This document shows, one piece after another, positions 12,816-26,313 of a DNA stretch of 64,000 nt. The DNA lies in NCBI GenBank assembly GCA_951406725.2, contig OX597814.1, positions 83,266,001 to 83,330,000 of the forward strand, written 5' to 3'. This DNA is from Octopus vulgaris (Eukaryota). The number at the start of each line of letters is the position of its first letter. Positions within the stretch are counted from its first letter, which is position 1. Both the position numbers and the translations under genes were made by a program. The notes under the pieces were generated by a model. The model saw only the letters and a program-made list of their open reading frames with translations. It was not told where the DNA came from and did not search any database.

Positions 12816-13964
12816 TGGCAGGTGCTATGTGAGCTTTTTCTAGGTATTTGATGTATGATAATAATAGTTATGCAGTTATGTCTGGAAGATGAATTAAAAA
12901 TGTGACAGTTATGTCATATTTTACCAAGTACCTATCTATAATATAGCTACAGAGAGTTAAGCTACTTCCAGTAATGTCTAATATTATTAAGATGTCCCAA
13001 TTTGATTCAGTTTGTTGAGGATAATTGCCACCAGTACATCTAAAATCTGTAATTTCCTGAATGGAATACAACAAAGATCAATTATGTCATCCATTGTAAG
13101 TACATAGCCTTACTACATCTCAGTATATGCATACAGCATTTATGTAGATGTCATCAATCACTTTTATGCACCAATCCCTTAATGCAACTACACAACAATG
13201 CACAGTTTATGCATACTAACTTCCACTCAAAAGGTGTGTGCATAAATATATGTAGATTGATAGATAGACAGATAAATAGACAAGTAGATAGATATATACA
13301 CACACACATTATGGGTGTCCATACAATTGCTATCTACCAAATTCCCATCACAAGATACTACAAAAAAACGATCTGTCCAGTGGGATTGAATCTGGAATAA
13401 TGTGATTGTAATACAAGCTTTTTAACCACCATACCAGTGTCTATATCAATTCTACCAAGAGAAATTTGTATAAAAAATTACACACACATATACACCCTCT
13501 CTCCCCACTTCTCTTTCTAACATAAATGTGTGTGTGCATGCATTTTTTGCTGTTGCATATTTGTGAAAGATGTAAACATTAATAAAGGAAACTGATAAAC
13601 CAGTACTTTTGAACTAAAGTTCAATTTTTCCTCTTGTGTTACATAGATGCTCCTTGTCTTTCTAATCATCATAAAAAGCACCTACACCCAAAGATGTTAG
13701 TGTTCACAAAATGCAGTATAAAATAAAACTGAAGACAAAATAATAATTCTTCAGACTTAATCTGTTGCTATTTAATTTATGAAACTTTATATAATAGCTC
13801 AACTTCTTAGAAATAGCTGTCAATTTTCCCTTAAATTACAATCAATGAATCTTAGAGAAAAGAAGGATACATTGGACAATTTAGTACCAGTTATAGTGTG
13901 TCTGAGTGAAGAATGAGACTGTTACAATTGGAATACTCAATCAAGGGTTCAAACTTAAATAATT

Positions 13965-14183
13965 CACTGTTATGAGCCATCACAGTGAGAGTGTGAAACT
14001 GGTCAGTCTTTACTGTAAGGGCAAAGAAAGACACCTGAAACTTGTTAAGCTATTACAGAGCCATCAGAATTTGAAACAATGTTGACTACTTTACCTAGAG
14101 ATCTTATGTCACAATTAGGAGATTCCTTTGTGTTAGTATAATAAGAAATAAGGAGACATGAACTCCTCAAGCTACATTAAAGA
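13965..14183 (+). repeat. Interspersed repeat fragment, inverted homologue of ~32893-33078
   Basis: Shares GAGCCATCAG.ATTTGAAACAATGTTGACTACTTTACC.AGAGATCTTATGTCACAATTAGG ... GGAGACATGAACTCCTCAAGCTACATTAAA. Confidence 0.75.
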
Positions 14184-14937
14184 CAGTCTGTCTAAGAGGA
14201 CTCGATCAAGGTTGACTCTGATTAAGTATTCCAACATCATTGTAAATATAGGAACTTTTATCAGGTGCTTGAAAGTGTTTTAGAAAGCAGGGAAAGTAAT
14301 GTCATAGATTATTTCTTTATCAACATTAATAAAATTTGTTTTATTTTTAATACCCATGTTTTTATATATGAGTTGAATATTTAATACTCACCATCATCAT
14401 CATCATTGTTTTAACATTCACTTCTCTATGCCCTTCCTCCATTCCTGTCACCATCCCTTATCTCTTACCAAGCAAGGTAATATTTACTCATGATCAGACA
14501 TATTTTCACCAAATGTTATAAATGAATTTAATTTACATTTACAAAAAGCATGTAATGTCAAGAAAAAGAGACACAGCCACACACACATACATAGACAGAC
14601 AAACATACGTATGTACAATGGACTTCTTTCTGTTTCTGTCTACAAAATCCACTCATAAGTAATAGCTTAACAAGTTTCAGGTGTCAGCTCAAGGCTATAG
14701 TAGAAGACATTTGCCCCTGACTGAACCCAAAACCATTTCATTGGGAAGCAAGCTTCTTAACCACATGGCCATGCCTATATCTATAATCCTTGTACCTATA
14801 TGAATGAAAATAAACAATTACTAAAACTAAGGTGGTGTAATGGTTGAGAAGTAGACTAAATGCTTTATTGTGTTTAGTTTCATATCTCTACCTTTTGAGT
14901 TCAACATCTTTGAGGTTCAACTTTGTCCTACACTCCC

Positions 14938-15166
14938 TTAACCCTTTAGCTTTCAGATGACTCTTATCACATATAGTGCTTATTCATTCAAATTGTTTTG
15001 AACTAATCATGCATTATCTCATAGCTTTCATATTTTAATGATGTAATTGTTTACTTTTAGAATGACATTGCAGGGTAGTTGTGAGAGGCCTGATCTTGTC
15101 AATTTGAACACAAAACAAGTAGAATATTTGGGCCTGATATGGCCAGTTTGATTGCTAAAGGGTTAA
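14938..15166 (-). mobile_element. piggyBac-type MITE inserted into a SINE family A copy
   Basis: TTAACCCTTTAGC...GCTAAAGGGTTAA; SINE core resumes after it (GATAAAATAAGTACCAGT at ~15171). Confidence 0.85.
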
Positions 15167-16159
15167 ATTTGATAAAATAAGTACCAGTCATGTATGTACA
15201 CAGGCTGACTTAATCTTTTATGATCCTTCCCTACAAAATTTTTTGCTGGGTGAATTAGTAGAAACAATAGATTTAAATACAAAATGCATTACAGTATTGA
15301 GTGTCATCTTTCTACATTCTGAGCTGAATTCTTACTGGTTCCTTTCAGAGTCAATAGAATAATATTGATTTTAAACTGATGATATATCAACTAACTATAT
15401 TCCTTCCTTAGAAAAATTAGATTATGCTTAGTCAGAAGAAGTTATACATGATATGAGATCTACCAGTGTTATATGATAAACATAAAAGTACTCAGTGCAT
15501 CTTTGTGTTAAAAGTGTGTAGAGTATGGTTTATTTATAAAGAGAAACAGGATTGCATTATTACCTGTCATTACATTGTCATTCAACTGGCATTTCATTTG
15601 ATTGTACACATCAGTGGATTGAGAAGAGATGACTAATAATGATTTAAAATTGCACATGCCACAATTTCAAGTAATCATTGGGGTCTTTGGCATAAGTTAT
15701 TCAATATACACCAAGAGAGTGTCTTTTGAAGTTGAGATGAAATTTGGGTTTGTGCTGGCAGGCTGAAATAAGCTTATTTCTTTCTCTATAAGTATTTTAT
15801 GAATTCTAATATATGATATTAACTTACATCAATTGTAATATCAGTTATACTAACCTAATAAATATTTGTAACAAAGTTAAAATTGCTGATATCGTCATTT
15901 CCACCACTTTTGCTAATACAGTTTTACAATCCAGCAAGGGCCCATCAATTGAAGCAACTTGATCCACTGACAATAGCAGCTTAATTATTCCCAAATCACA
16001 CCTTAATATCTTAAAAAAGGGAAGGACACAATGAATAGTATTGTCTTCAATCCACTGTGTATAAATAACAGATAGGATAAATACTACTGGAATGCTTTTG
16101 ATCACAGGTTTGCTTAATAACCTGTCACTAAGAAGGAGCAAAAACCTTCACTTTTACAG

Positions 16160-16600
16160 TTTAGATAGGTGCTTGAGTGAAGGAAATTCTTCGATATGAT
16201 TATTTTCTCAGCCAAGCTGAGTCTGCTCATTCTAAGGTTTGCACTTTTCTGGTATCCTCCGCTTGATGCTATAATACACAGCTTTTTCCTTCTATCTCCA
16301 TATGTGCCTTGCTAGTGACATTTTGTCTCTCTTGGATATTAAATGAAGACTTGTGGTTATTGAATCTTGTTTCTAAAAGGACCTTCTCTCATGCCCAAGT
16401 ATTTCTTTACATGTGTATTCTTTGACTTCACCTCCACAACATGCACAATAGTTTTTGTACTGGCTGTATAGTGGGCATGTGGTAATGCCTCTGAATGAAC
16501 AACTTGCCTCTGTTCTAGGTTTGGGTGTTTGACCTTGATTTTTTTCCACAGATTTTGTTCCAGGTTTTTACAGCAACTGTAAGACATACAAACTAAATAT
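16160..16600 (-). pseudogene. Penelope-like element GIY-YIG endonuclease remnant (Naiad/Chlamys-like)
   Basis: Minus strand gives IVHVVEVKSKNTHVKKYLGMREGPFR, then (frameshifted) RFNNHKSSFN and RLSLAEKIII, resembling YIGxTEGxFKxRYNNHKSSF...CxLCLxEK. Confidence 0.6.
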
Positions 16601-16753
16601 GGTACTTTCAAACCTCCAGTGACAAAGAGCCACACCCTATTATTCCTTTTAGCCATTTCTGATGGTTGCTGGAATCAGTTCTCAACTGCTTGTATGAAAT
16701 CAATTAGTAATTTGGCTATTATGAGACTATAATGTGTTGTTACCAGAGGTGTT

Positions 16754-17345
16754 AAGGTGATGAGCTAGCAAAATCATTAACATAGTGGACAAATGATTAG
16801 CAGCATTTCTGACTCATTACCTTCTGCCAAAATCAACTTTGTTGTTCATTCTTTTGGGGTTGATGAAATAAGCACCAGTTGAGCAGTGGGGTCAATGTAT
16901 TCAACCACTAACATAGCTAGAGGGGAGCAAAGGGGGTGGTCCACCCTGGGAAGCACTGTTTTGGGTCTGCTGTAGGCAATATGTATTTTTTGTTTGAGCC
17001 TGAGGGTGGCAAACTGAAGGACCACCCCAGGCAGCACACACTCTAACCATGCTAGTGTAATTGACTATCCCCTTCATTCAAAATTTTAGTCCTTGTGCCT
17101 GTAGTAAAAAGTGTTATTATTATATAAGGCAGTAAGCTGGCAGAATTGTTAGCACACCAGGTGAAATGCTTAGCAGCATTTCATCTACTGCTACATTCTG
17201 AGTTCAAATTCTGCCAAGGTTATCTTTGCCTTTCATCCTCGTGGGGTTGATAAATTAAGTACCGGTGAAATGCTGTGGTTGATGTAATCGAGCAGTATCC
17301 TCCCTTAAATTTCAGGCCTTGTGCCTTTAGAAGAAAGGATTATTA

Positions 17346-17420
<75 letters not shown>

Positions 17421-17640
17421 GAAGGCAGCAAGCTGGCAGAACTGTTAGCAAAACCATGTCGAAAAAATGTTTAGTGGCGTTTTGCCCATCTTCACATTCT
17501 GAGTTCAAATTCCACCAAGGTCAACTTTATCTTTCATCCTTCCAGGGTCAATAAAATAAGTACCGGTCAAGCACTGGGATCAGCTTAATCGACTCACCCT
17601 CTCTTGAAATTGCTGGTCTTGTGCCGAAATTTGAAATTAT
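16754..17640 (+). mobile_element. Three tandem SINE family A copies separated by (ATT)n
   Basis: Heads AAGG(T/C)..(G/A)AGCT(A/G)GCA at ~16755, ~17126 and ~17422; (ATT)n at 17338-17418. Confidence 0.85.
16906..17057. mobile_element. hAT-like MITE nested in a SINE
   Basis: TIR CACTAACATAGCTAGAG / CTCTAACCATGCTAGTG; decayed 8-bp TSD TATTCAAC / TAATTGAC matching the SINE consensus TAATCGAC. Confidence 0.65.
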
Positions 17641-18135
17641 TATTATTGTTATTATTATTATTGGTGATGATGATGTTTGACTCTGGTTCATTCTTATTCG
17701 TAGTTTAATTTATGTGGGTAGTGGATTACTACCTGTAACCTTAGGTATACATAAGTTTTCAGTAGCCTTTCAAGTGCATAAAATGCTCCTGGTAATCTTA
17801 CTTGCCTCTAAGAGGTAAACTTTCTGTACTTCAACTATTTGTCTATATCTTTACTTACAATTCCCAATGCACCATTTAATACAGGCACAGCCTTTACAGT
17901 TTTCATACTCCAAATTCTTGCAATTTCAATTTTAAGGGATTGCAGTTTTCTCATTTTTCATCCTCTTTCTTTACAATCCTGGAATCAATTAGTAAGCAAC
18001 TTCGCTTTTCCTTGTCTATCATTGTTATGTCTGGTCTATTATTTTCTAGCTCCTTATCCATCTGAATAGGAAAATCCCTTAAGTGTTGGCTGGCAATGAG
18101 ATAGTGCACATGTTCTTTTATTCTTTTCATTTTCT
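17640..18135 (-). mobile_element. R4/Dong-like non-LTR retrotransposon 3' fragment (restriction-like endonuclease) with (TAA)n tail
   Basis: Minus strand DKELENNRPDITMIDKEKRSCLLID..KKEDEK*..LKIEIARIWSMKTVKAVPVLNGALGIV..VQKVYLL..KITRSIL = RLE RPD..D, KxxKY-region and GALG motifs. Confidence 0.8.
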
Positions 18136-19749
18136 TACTAGTGTCATTCACTAGATTATGGTCATACTGTAGCACCCCTTTTCAATGTTTTTTTTTATCT
18201 CATTGACCCCAGCACTTATTTTATTTAGCTACTCATCAAATAGTTAAATTATCCCTTTTCTTGCATTATTTGTGCAACTAAACTCACACAGAAGCAGTAA
18301 GTTGGCAGAGTTATTAGGGTATAGGACAAAATGTCTTGCAGTATTTGTTCCAGTTATCTGCTTTCTGAGTTTAAATTCCATCTATACCAACTTTACCTTT
18401 TATCTTTTGTGGGTCAATAAAATACAAGTCCAAGACAGCGGATCAGCAGAATTGATGGAATATTGGATAGAATATCATGTAGTATTTGTTTTAGTTCTTC
18501 GCTTTCTAGTAGACTTAACGCATCATCCTTCTTAACACACTCAAATAATCATTGTTATCCTGCATTATAAACAGATATTGCAAATTTGGTATTGGTCCTA
18601 TTTCTTGTTCTCCACCTCCTCTTATTTTTTTTTATACTTTATTCTAATAAAGGGTCTTATGTTTCTTTTCATTTGGAATATTTATTATCATTGTAAACAT
18701 TCTTTGATCGTTGTTTTTCTATACTTTTTCCACCATGTGCTTTACTTGTCTAACTGTATATATTATTTGTTTGTCTTCTCTTTACCTTTGTTTTACTTGT
18801 TTTTATCTATCTACCTACATACATGTGTGTGTGTGTGTGTATTTTGCTTAGGCATTGCAATACTAATAACCTGGCATAGAACTCAATATATGTGTGCTTC
18901 TGGACAAACCTTTAGTCAAGTACAAAGCAGTAATAAGAAATGAGAAAGGAATAAACAATTATCTTATAAACTCCATTAGCTTATAGCTGTTTCCACTATA
19001 AGATGCAATGGACTCAGTTTCTTTTGCTCAATTTTCTACATGCTGTTAAAACTGTATCTACTTTAAGTTGCACCATCAAAAATATTTTACTCCATGTGTG
19101 TGTGTATATATATGTATATACATTAGTAATCATTTTCTTTTATAAGGTGGAAGAAAAAAAAATTTATTTGCCTGCTATTTACAGCAGAGCCACCTTCAGT
19201 GGCTCATAGTGATAGTAGAGGTGGAAGGAGAAACAATAGATGAAGCAAAAAGTAGAGAGAAATGGAAAAGAAAGAAAAATAGAAAAAGGTGTGGATAAAA
19301 ATGAAAAATTATTCATTCCATGACCTTCTTTCATACTTCTTACATTCTTCCTTTTGTTTTGATCCTTCTTATTCTTTAATTTACTTTCATCTTCATTATC
19401 TCTTAGTTTTTCTTTTCCGGCCATGCCTTCTCTGTCTTTCTGGCCTTTCCCTCACCTATATTTCAGTCATATTTTTCTATATAACTGTCTCCTCTGTTTT
19501 TCTTTTCTTTTTTTTTGTTGTTTTTCTGTTTATTTCTTTTTTTAGTTTTACTACCTCTTCTTATTTCATTTATATGTTCACTTCCTCCTAGTATTCTTTT
19601 TTCTGCCCCTTTCTCTAATTACCCATCTTTCTGTCTCTTTATCTGTATTGTTTATCCTTCTATTTCTACCTGCCTACCTATTTATCCAGTTTAACTCTCT
19701 CTCTCTCTCTCTCCCTTTACACCCCACCCCTGCTCTATCACTTTCTCAG

Positions 19750-20530
<781 letters not shown>

Positions 20531-21760
20531 CTGACTACTAATGTATTTTTATAGATATTCAACACTACCTTCCTTTCTATCTGTTCATCTAACTTTTCTT
20601 CTGTTCTCTCATTCTTTCTGTTTCTATCTCTCTCTCCCCCTCTCCTTCTCTCTCTCTCTTCATATATCTATCTATCTATCTATGTCTTTCTCGTTCCATT
20701 TCTTTCTTCCTCTACAACATTTTTATTAATGTTACCAACTCTGCCCCCCCCCTAACCTCATTTATTCATTTTCTCCATTGAAACATGTCAAAACACTTCC
20801 CCACAATCAAACAAACCCTTAATAAATATTTTAACTCATTATTCCTCAATTCAAATAAGGCAAATTGCAGTGAAGATATTTTATTCGCCATAAAAACCAA
20901 ACAAAATCATAACAAAAATATAATGCTTTAGATTCCACACTGCATCTACACGTTGCAGTTTCCAAGGAAGCTTGCAACTGGTGCACTGCTTGTACAAATA
21001 GTAGTACTTATTCCTCAGAAGAACAATATCTTTCAGTGTTCTCTAAATGATAAGATTGCACTATAACATCAAATGTTGACACATAAATATTTCAGTATGT
21101 TTCTGAATAGCCATGAAATGTTATTACTCCCTGGTGGGTAGAAAAGCTACTATTGTACATGACCCTTAACATTCTACAGTTATGGCTCAGTTAATAACTA
21201 CCATAAGGTAGGTTCAAACTCATTTCAATTTTAAACTTCTACTCAGTCTTGGTAACAGTTTTTTTTAGTTCAATTTTTCTGTTTTCATTTTAAAGAGAAA
21301 AATATATAATTTCAAACAGGGTTGTTCCTTCGTTTTTTTGGGGGGGGAAATAATTCACAAGCTTAATGATGTGTTAATCTATTTTTCTGTCACATTTGGT
21401 ATTAAAATCAAAAGCTATTTAAGAGAAACATTTAAAAACACAGATTTACATATGCATATGCACAGAGCAATAATACCACTTGAATATGCATGTCCTTCTT
21501 CCTCTTATTCCCTTTCTCTTCCTGTGTGTTTATGTGTTTGTGTGTATGTATGTATGTATGCATGCATGTATGTATGTATATATATGTTATAATTTACAAA
21601 ACATAAAGTAAGTAAAGATACTCAATACCGAAATACAATGTAATTATTTATTGTACTCAGATTACTCTCTATGCTACTCCAAATTTCACAACTCTTTCTT
21701 AATCATGCAAGTTGGAGTAACAACAAAGAGTAATCTTAGTATTATATAGTTAGATGGATG

Positions 21761-21791
<31 letters not shown>

Positions 21792-22714
21792 GCATATATG
21801 TTTGTATACATACATATATGTATGTGTGTGTGTGTGTATATACACCTCTCTCTATATGTATATATATGTGTGTATGTATATCTGTATCTCTGTTTTTGTA
21901 GAAAAAATATACAAGTGCTTGATAAATATTGGCAGAAGACAAATCAGTCAGATAATGGTTGTATGTGCATTAGAGAGAGAGAGAGAGAGGGAGAGAGAGA
22001 GAGAGATGTAGTGTCTGTTAGTAAATGAATAAAGGCAAGAAGCAATTTAATGCTTGAGTAGAGAACTTGATTTTATCTCCGTATTTTCTGTTTTCAAATC
22101 TTGCCAAATTCAGCTTACCCTATTGATCCTTACCTGGTCAATAAATTAATCACCTTTAAATTTGTGAGATCCATTAAACTGACTATACGCTGCAGAAACC
22201 ATTACATTTAAGTTTGTACTTTGTCAACAAGCATGCATTTAGGCACATGGCTCTATTTGTGTGGGTGTACATTCATATCTGAATATCAGTGGAAACTAGA
22301 ATAGCAATTTCATACCATTGGTTTCATGAAGCTCATGGAGCATAACACACTGACTGTAATATTAGTTCTGTGCGAGCAAGAGGGTGGGGGTGGGGGAGTG
22401 GAGATAAAGGAGATGTAGCTCATTTTGCAACCACATGATTTTTGTGTTCACTATCACTGCATGGCACCTTGGGCAAGTATCTTTTCATATAGCCCCAGTC
22501 TGAGTAATGCCTTGTGTGTGTTGTATATACATATTGCATAAAGGATCATGGGTAAGGCCACAACAATGCAAAGTAAATGCAAGGCAAATCACAAGAAACA
22601 ACTATATGATTTAGTATTTCAGGGTTATGACCCCATTTTCAAAAAATTAGCAAATGTTGCCAATGTGTATGTGTGGAATGGGCATGTGTAGAAAGGTGTT
22701 GCTATAGCAACCAG

Positions 22715-22865
22715 CTAACTTCCTGTAACTCTCTTCTGTTGTTGATATTTGGTTTCCTTTGGTGTATGAGGATGGCCTCAGAAATTCTAAAGTTGCCCCT
22801 GTTCCACTGTGTTGCCTTGATGAGCACTGTGAGTTCCCGGATCTGGCATTTCTGTTTCTTCACAG
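22715..22865 (-). pseudogene. C-terminal GIY-YIG remnant of a second Penelope-like family
   Basis: Minus strand FRISEAILIHQRKPNINNRRE matches the PLE terminal motif ExxxIxxxxPxxN. Confidence 0.5.
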
Positions 22866-22867
22866 AA

Positions 22868-23890
22868 ACACACCAAGCTCTCCATTCCCTACTTCCAATT
22901 CCTCCGTCTGTGCAGGCTCTGCAGTGACAACCATGACTTTGAGACTCAGTCTCAACTCATGGCTCGCCACTTCATCCTTCGTGGATATCCCCTTACCACT
23001 ATCTACACCACCCTTAGCAGAGCATATTCCGTGGACTGTGCCTCTGCCCTCTCTCTTCATATCCACCCCGCTGTTGCCCGTTTCCTCTCACCTACCACCC
23101 CTCCACCTTGCCCTCCAATGCACTATTCTCTGAGCCTTCTGGTGACACTAGTCTGACCCCTCCACTTCACACATCTTCCCCAACCTACCCCTTCTCTCTT
23201 TCAAATGAACCCACAAGCTACGTGACCTCCGAGTTCACAGTTTCTTCCCTAACTCCACCTCCCAACCTGGCTCATTCTGCTGCTCCTGCCCATGCTGTCA
23301 CACTTGCCCCTACCTTTCCAATACCACCATCCTCACAGGCATCTATCATCATCTCTATCATATCACTGGCTCCTTTACCTGCAGTTCTAGCAATGTCTTT
23401 TACTGCATCTCCTGCTCTTTCTGTCCTTCTCTGTACATGGGTCAAACAGGACACCAGTTGGCTGACCAGTTCACGGAGCACCTCCAAGACATTAGACTCG
23501 ACAATGACAACCCAGTCTCACACCATTTCTGCTCTACTGGTCATTCATTACAACACCTGTCTGTGTTCAGACTGTTTTTGCACAGGAGCTATCCAGACTC
23601 CCGCCTTCACCATGAACAGAAATTAATCTTCTCACTTCACTCCTTTGTGCCACATGGGCTCAACTCCCCTCCACTCTTCATCTGACTCCTCTCCTCATCT
23701 GACACCTACTTCCTCTCTTTACTTCTACCCACCTCTCCTCTCTCGCCCTGACACCTAAGTCCTCTCTTCACTCCTACCCACCTTCCCCCTTCATTGATAC
23801 CCCCTCCATCCACACCCCAGCCTCCACATATCTAGCCCCTACACCTACATCCTCACCCAACCACGCATCGCATTTAGGCTAAATCCCAGC
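22868..23890 (+). mobile_element. Penelope-like element (Neptune-type) 3' part: RT thumb, Cys-linker, GIY-YIG endonuclease; frameshifted
   Basis: HTKLSIPYFQFLRLCRLCSD..F..RGYP; FTCSSSNVFYCISCSFCPSLYMGQTGHQLADQFTEHLQDIR..PVSHHF..EQKLIFSLHSFVPHGLN* (stop at 23685); pyrimidine-rich 3' region. Confidence 0.9.
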
Positions 23891-24109
23891 TGTAAGTATA
23901 TAGTATTTACCATATGAATCAATGGCTGATTCAGCAAAATGATAATGTGAAAATTATAAATTAACGAAGGTAGCTAGATGCAACATAAAATCAAAAGGAA
24001 AACTTAATTGTCATGTTTTTTTTCATCCACTATTTCCATGCTTGTATGGGTACGATGAGACATTTTAAGGCATTATTCTACAGTCAGATGCCCTTCCTGA
24101 TGGCAATCC

Positions 24110-24295
24110 TTGTTTTCAAGTCAGGTATTTTATTCCACTGATGATCTTCACCTGTTGAACTGCCAAACAACTAGACATGGTGTTTATTTGACACATAAGA
24201 AAATGTTACTGCTACCCAAGGCAGCGAACTGGCAGAAACATTAGCACACCAGGTGAAATGCTTAGTGGTATTTCGTCTGTCTTTACATTCTGAGT
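24110..24295 (+). repeat. Local ~185-bp direct duplication, copy 1 (copy 2 at ~25436-25621)
   Basis: Near-identical TTGTTTTCAAGTCAGGTATTT...TTACATTCTGAGT including a SINE head junction. Confidence 0.9.
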
Positions 24296-24523
24296 GCCTA
24301 GAGTAGAAAAGAATGTGGGGAATCAGTTAGAAACACACATATACATGCATATATGTGATGGGCATGACGCAGTTTCTTTCTGTCAATCAAATTACACTTA
24401 GGAGACAATCTAGATGACAGAATCATTACAGCATTGTATAAAAGCCTTGAAATATTTGTTCCAGGATCATTAAAATAAAGTGCCAGTCAGCTATTGGCAA
24501 TAATAGGTCAATTCTTTCTTGTT

Positions 24524-24555
<32 letters not shown>

Positions 24556-26226
24556 AATTAGGTGGACTGTGCTGTTAGAAAGACAAGGTTGCCAACTCAT
24601 GTAGCTCTTTTTTCCCAAACAGCCACTTCCATTCTATCACTGTGGGGAAAATGTGGTCACCAAGGCTCTGATAGAACATAGATAGAATGAAGTCACTATA
24701 TATGTAATATGTATGTATGTGTGCTTGTTAATTTTAAGAAGTAACATCTTATAACTCGTGTAACTGTTTCAATACATAGATGTCTTAGCTCTTCTGAGAT
24801 AAGAAGAGAATAGATATTGGAAATCAACAACGTTTTTATGTAGGTCAGAGAGAAAAACTACAATCAAAGTATATAACACAACAAAAGTAAGAAAAACGAA
24901 AGAAAAAATATTACTTGGAAGAAACATCAAAAGGGCCAGGAACTACTCACATATAAAATCTTTTTAGATTATTATGGAACTCACTGAAAATATATAATGG
25001 ATGGAGTTTGTTGTCTTATCTTGTTATTGCTCTGTATCACTGACAAAAATACTTAATTCTTTAAGTTTATCTAAACAGATATCATGGAGAAGTGAAGGCA
25101 CATGGCCTAATGGTTAGGCTGTTGCACTCACAATTGCAAGATTGTGCCTTCAGTTCTCAGACTGGGCAATGCACTGTGTTCTTGAGCAAACTAATGCTTC
25201 ATTTCACATTGCTCCAGTCTACTCACCTGTTAGTGAGTAACTCTGTAATAAACTGGGGTAATATTATGATCTCAGTCACTCATATGCCATAAAACTGAGT
25301 AACCAGCTCTGTGTGTCCTAGGACTTGAGACAATACTTATTTATCTTGGAGAAATAGTATTTATTGCTATAAGTATTAGGAGCATGACATAAATAACAAG
25401 CTCAAATCCTTTTAAGAGCTTGAATAAAGTGGCAATTGTTTTCAAGTCAGGTATTTCATTCCACTGATGATCTTCACCTGTTGAACTGCCAAACAACTAG
25501 ACATGGTGTTTATTTGACACATAAGCAAATGTTACTGCTACCCAAGGTGGCGAACTGGCAGAAACATTAGCACACCAGGTGAAATGCTTAGTGGTATTTC
25601 ATCTGCCTTTACATTCTGAGTTCAAATTGACCCAAAACATTTTGGTGGTTTATTATGAGCTGTACCTATTAATTACATCTGTTGTTTTGGGTGTATTGTT
25701 TCTTATACATTAGAAGTCCTTACCTTTAAAAATAAGATTTTGGCTCAGTTTGAAATTACTTTTGCTAGGGTACCCTCTTGGCAAGATCATGGATATTGAA
25801 GTTTATGTTATATTTCAAGTAACATTGCAGTATTTAATATTTTTTGATAAATAAATAGCAGTCCTAGTATGTGTAGAATTTTGGAGAGCCTGTGTGGGTG
25901 AAATCTGCTGCCCAACCCACTGGCAGAACTATATTCTGATTGCAGAAATAAATGAAAATAGTTAGATATGAACTCCAAATTGTGACATTATCATCTTCAT
26001 TGTTTTAACATCTACTTTTCCATACTTGTATGGATCAGACAGGATTCATTTATGCAGATTTTCTATGGCCAGATACTTCTTCCTCTCACTAACCCTCACC
26101 TGTTTCCAAGTGAATAATATTTGTTTACAGTATTACAAGGAGACAGAAGTACACACACACACACATATGCACAAGACCTTTTTTCAGTTTTTACCAACCA
26201 AATTCACTCAAAAGGCTTTGACATGC

Positions 26227-26244
26227 ATACACACACACACACAT

Positions 26245-26310
<66 letters not shown>
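26227..26310. repeat. (CA)n microsatellite
   Basis: Direct reading. Confidence 0.95.

Positions 26311-26313
<3 letters not shown>

Noticed and set aside
17305-17508. Poly-Ile membrane peptide ORF
   Set aside because: Translation of the (ATT)n microsatellite
20935-21020. CTGAGGA...GAAAC-tgca..tgcag on minus strand
   Set aside because: Cleavage position is G, no stem I, unstructured stem II
24146-24180. CTGATGA in the duplicated 185-bp unit
   Set aside because: No downstream GAAA core
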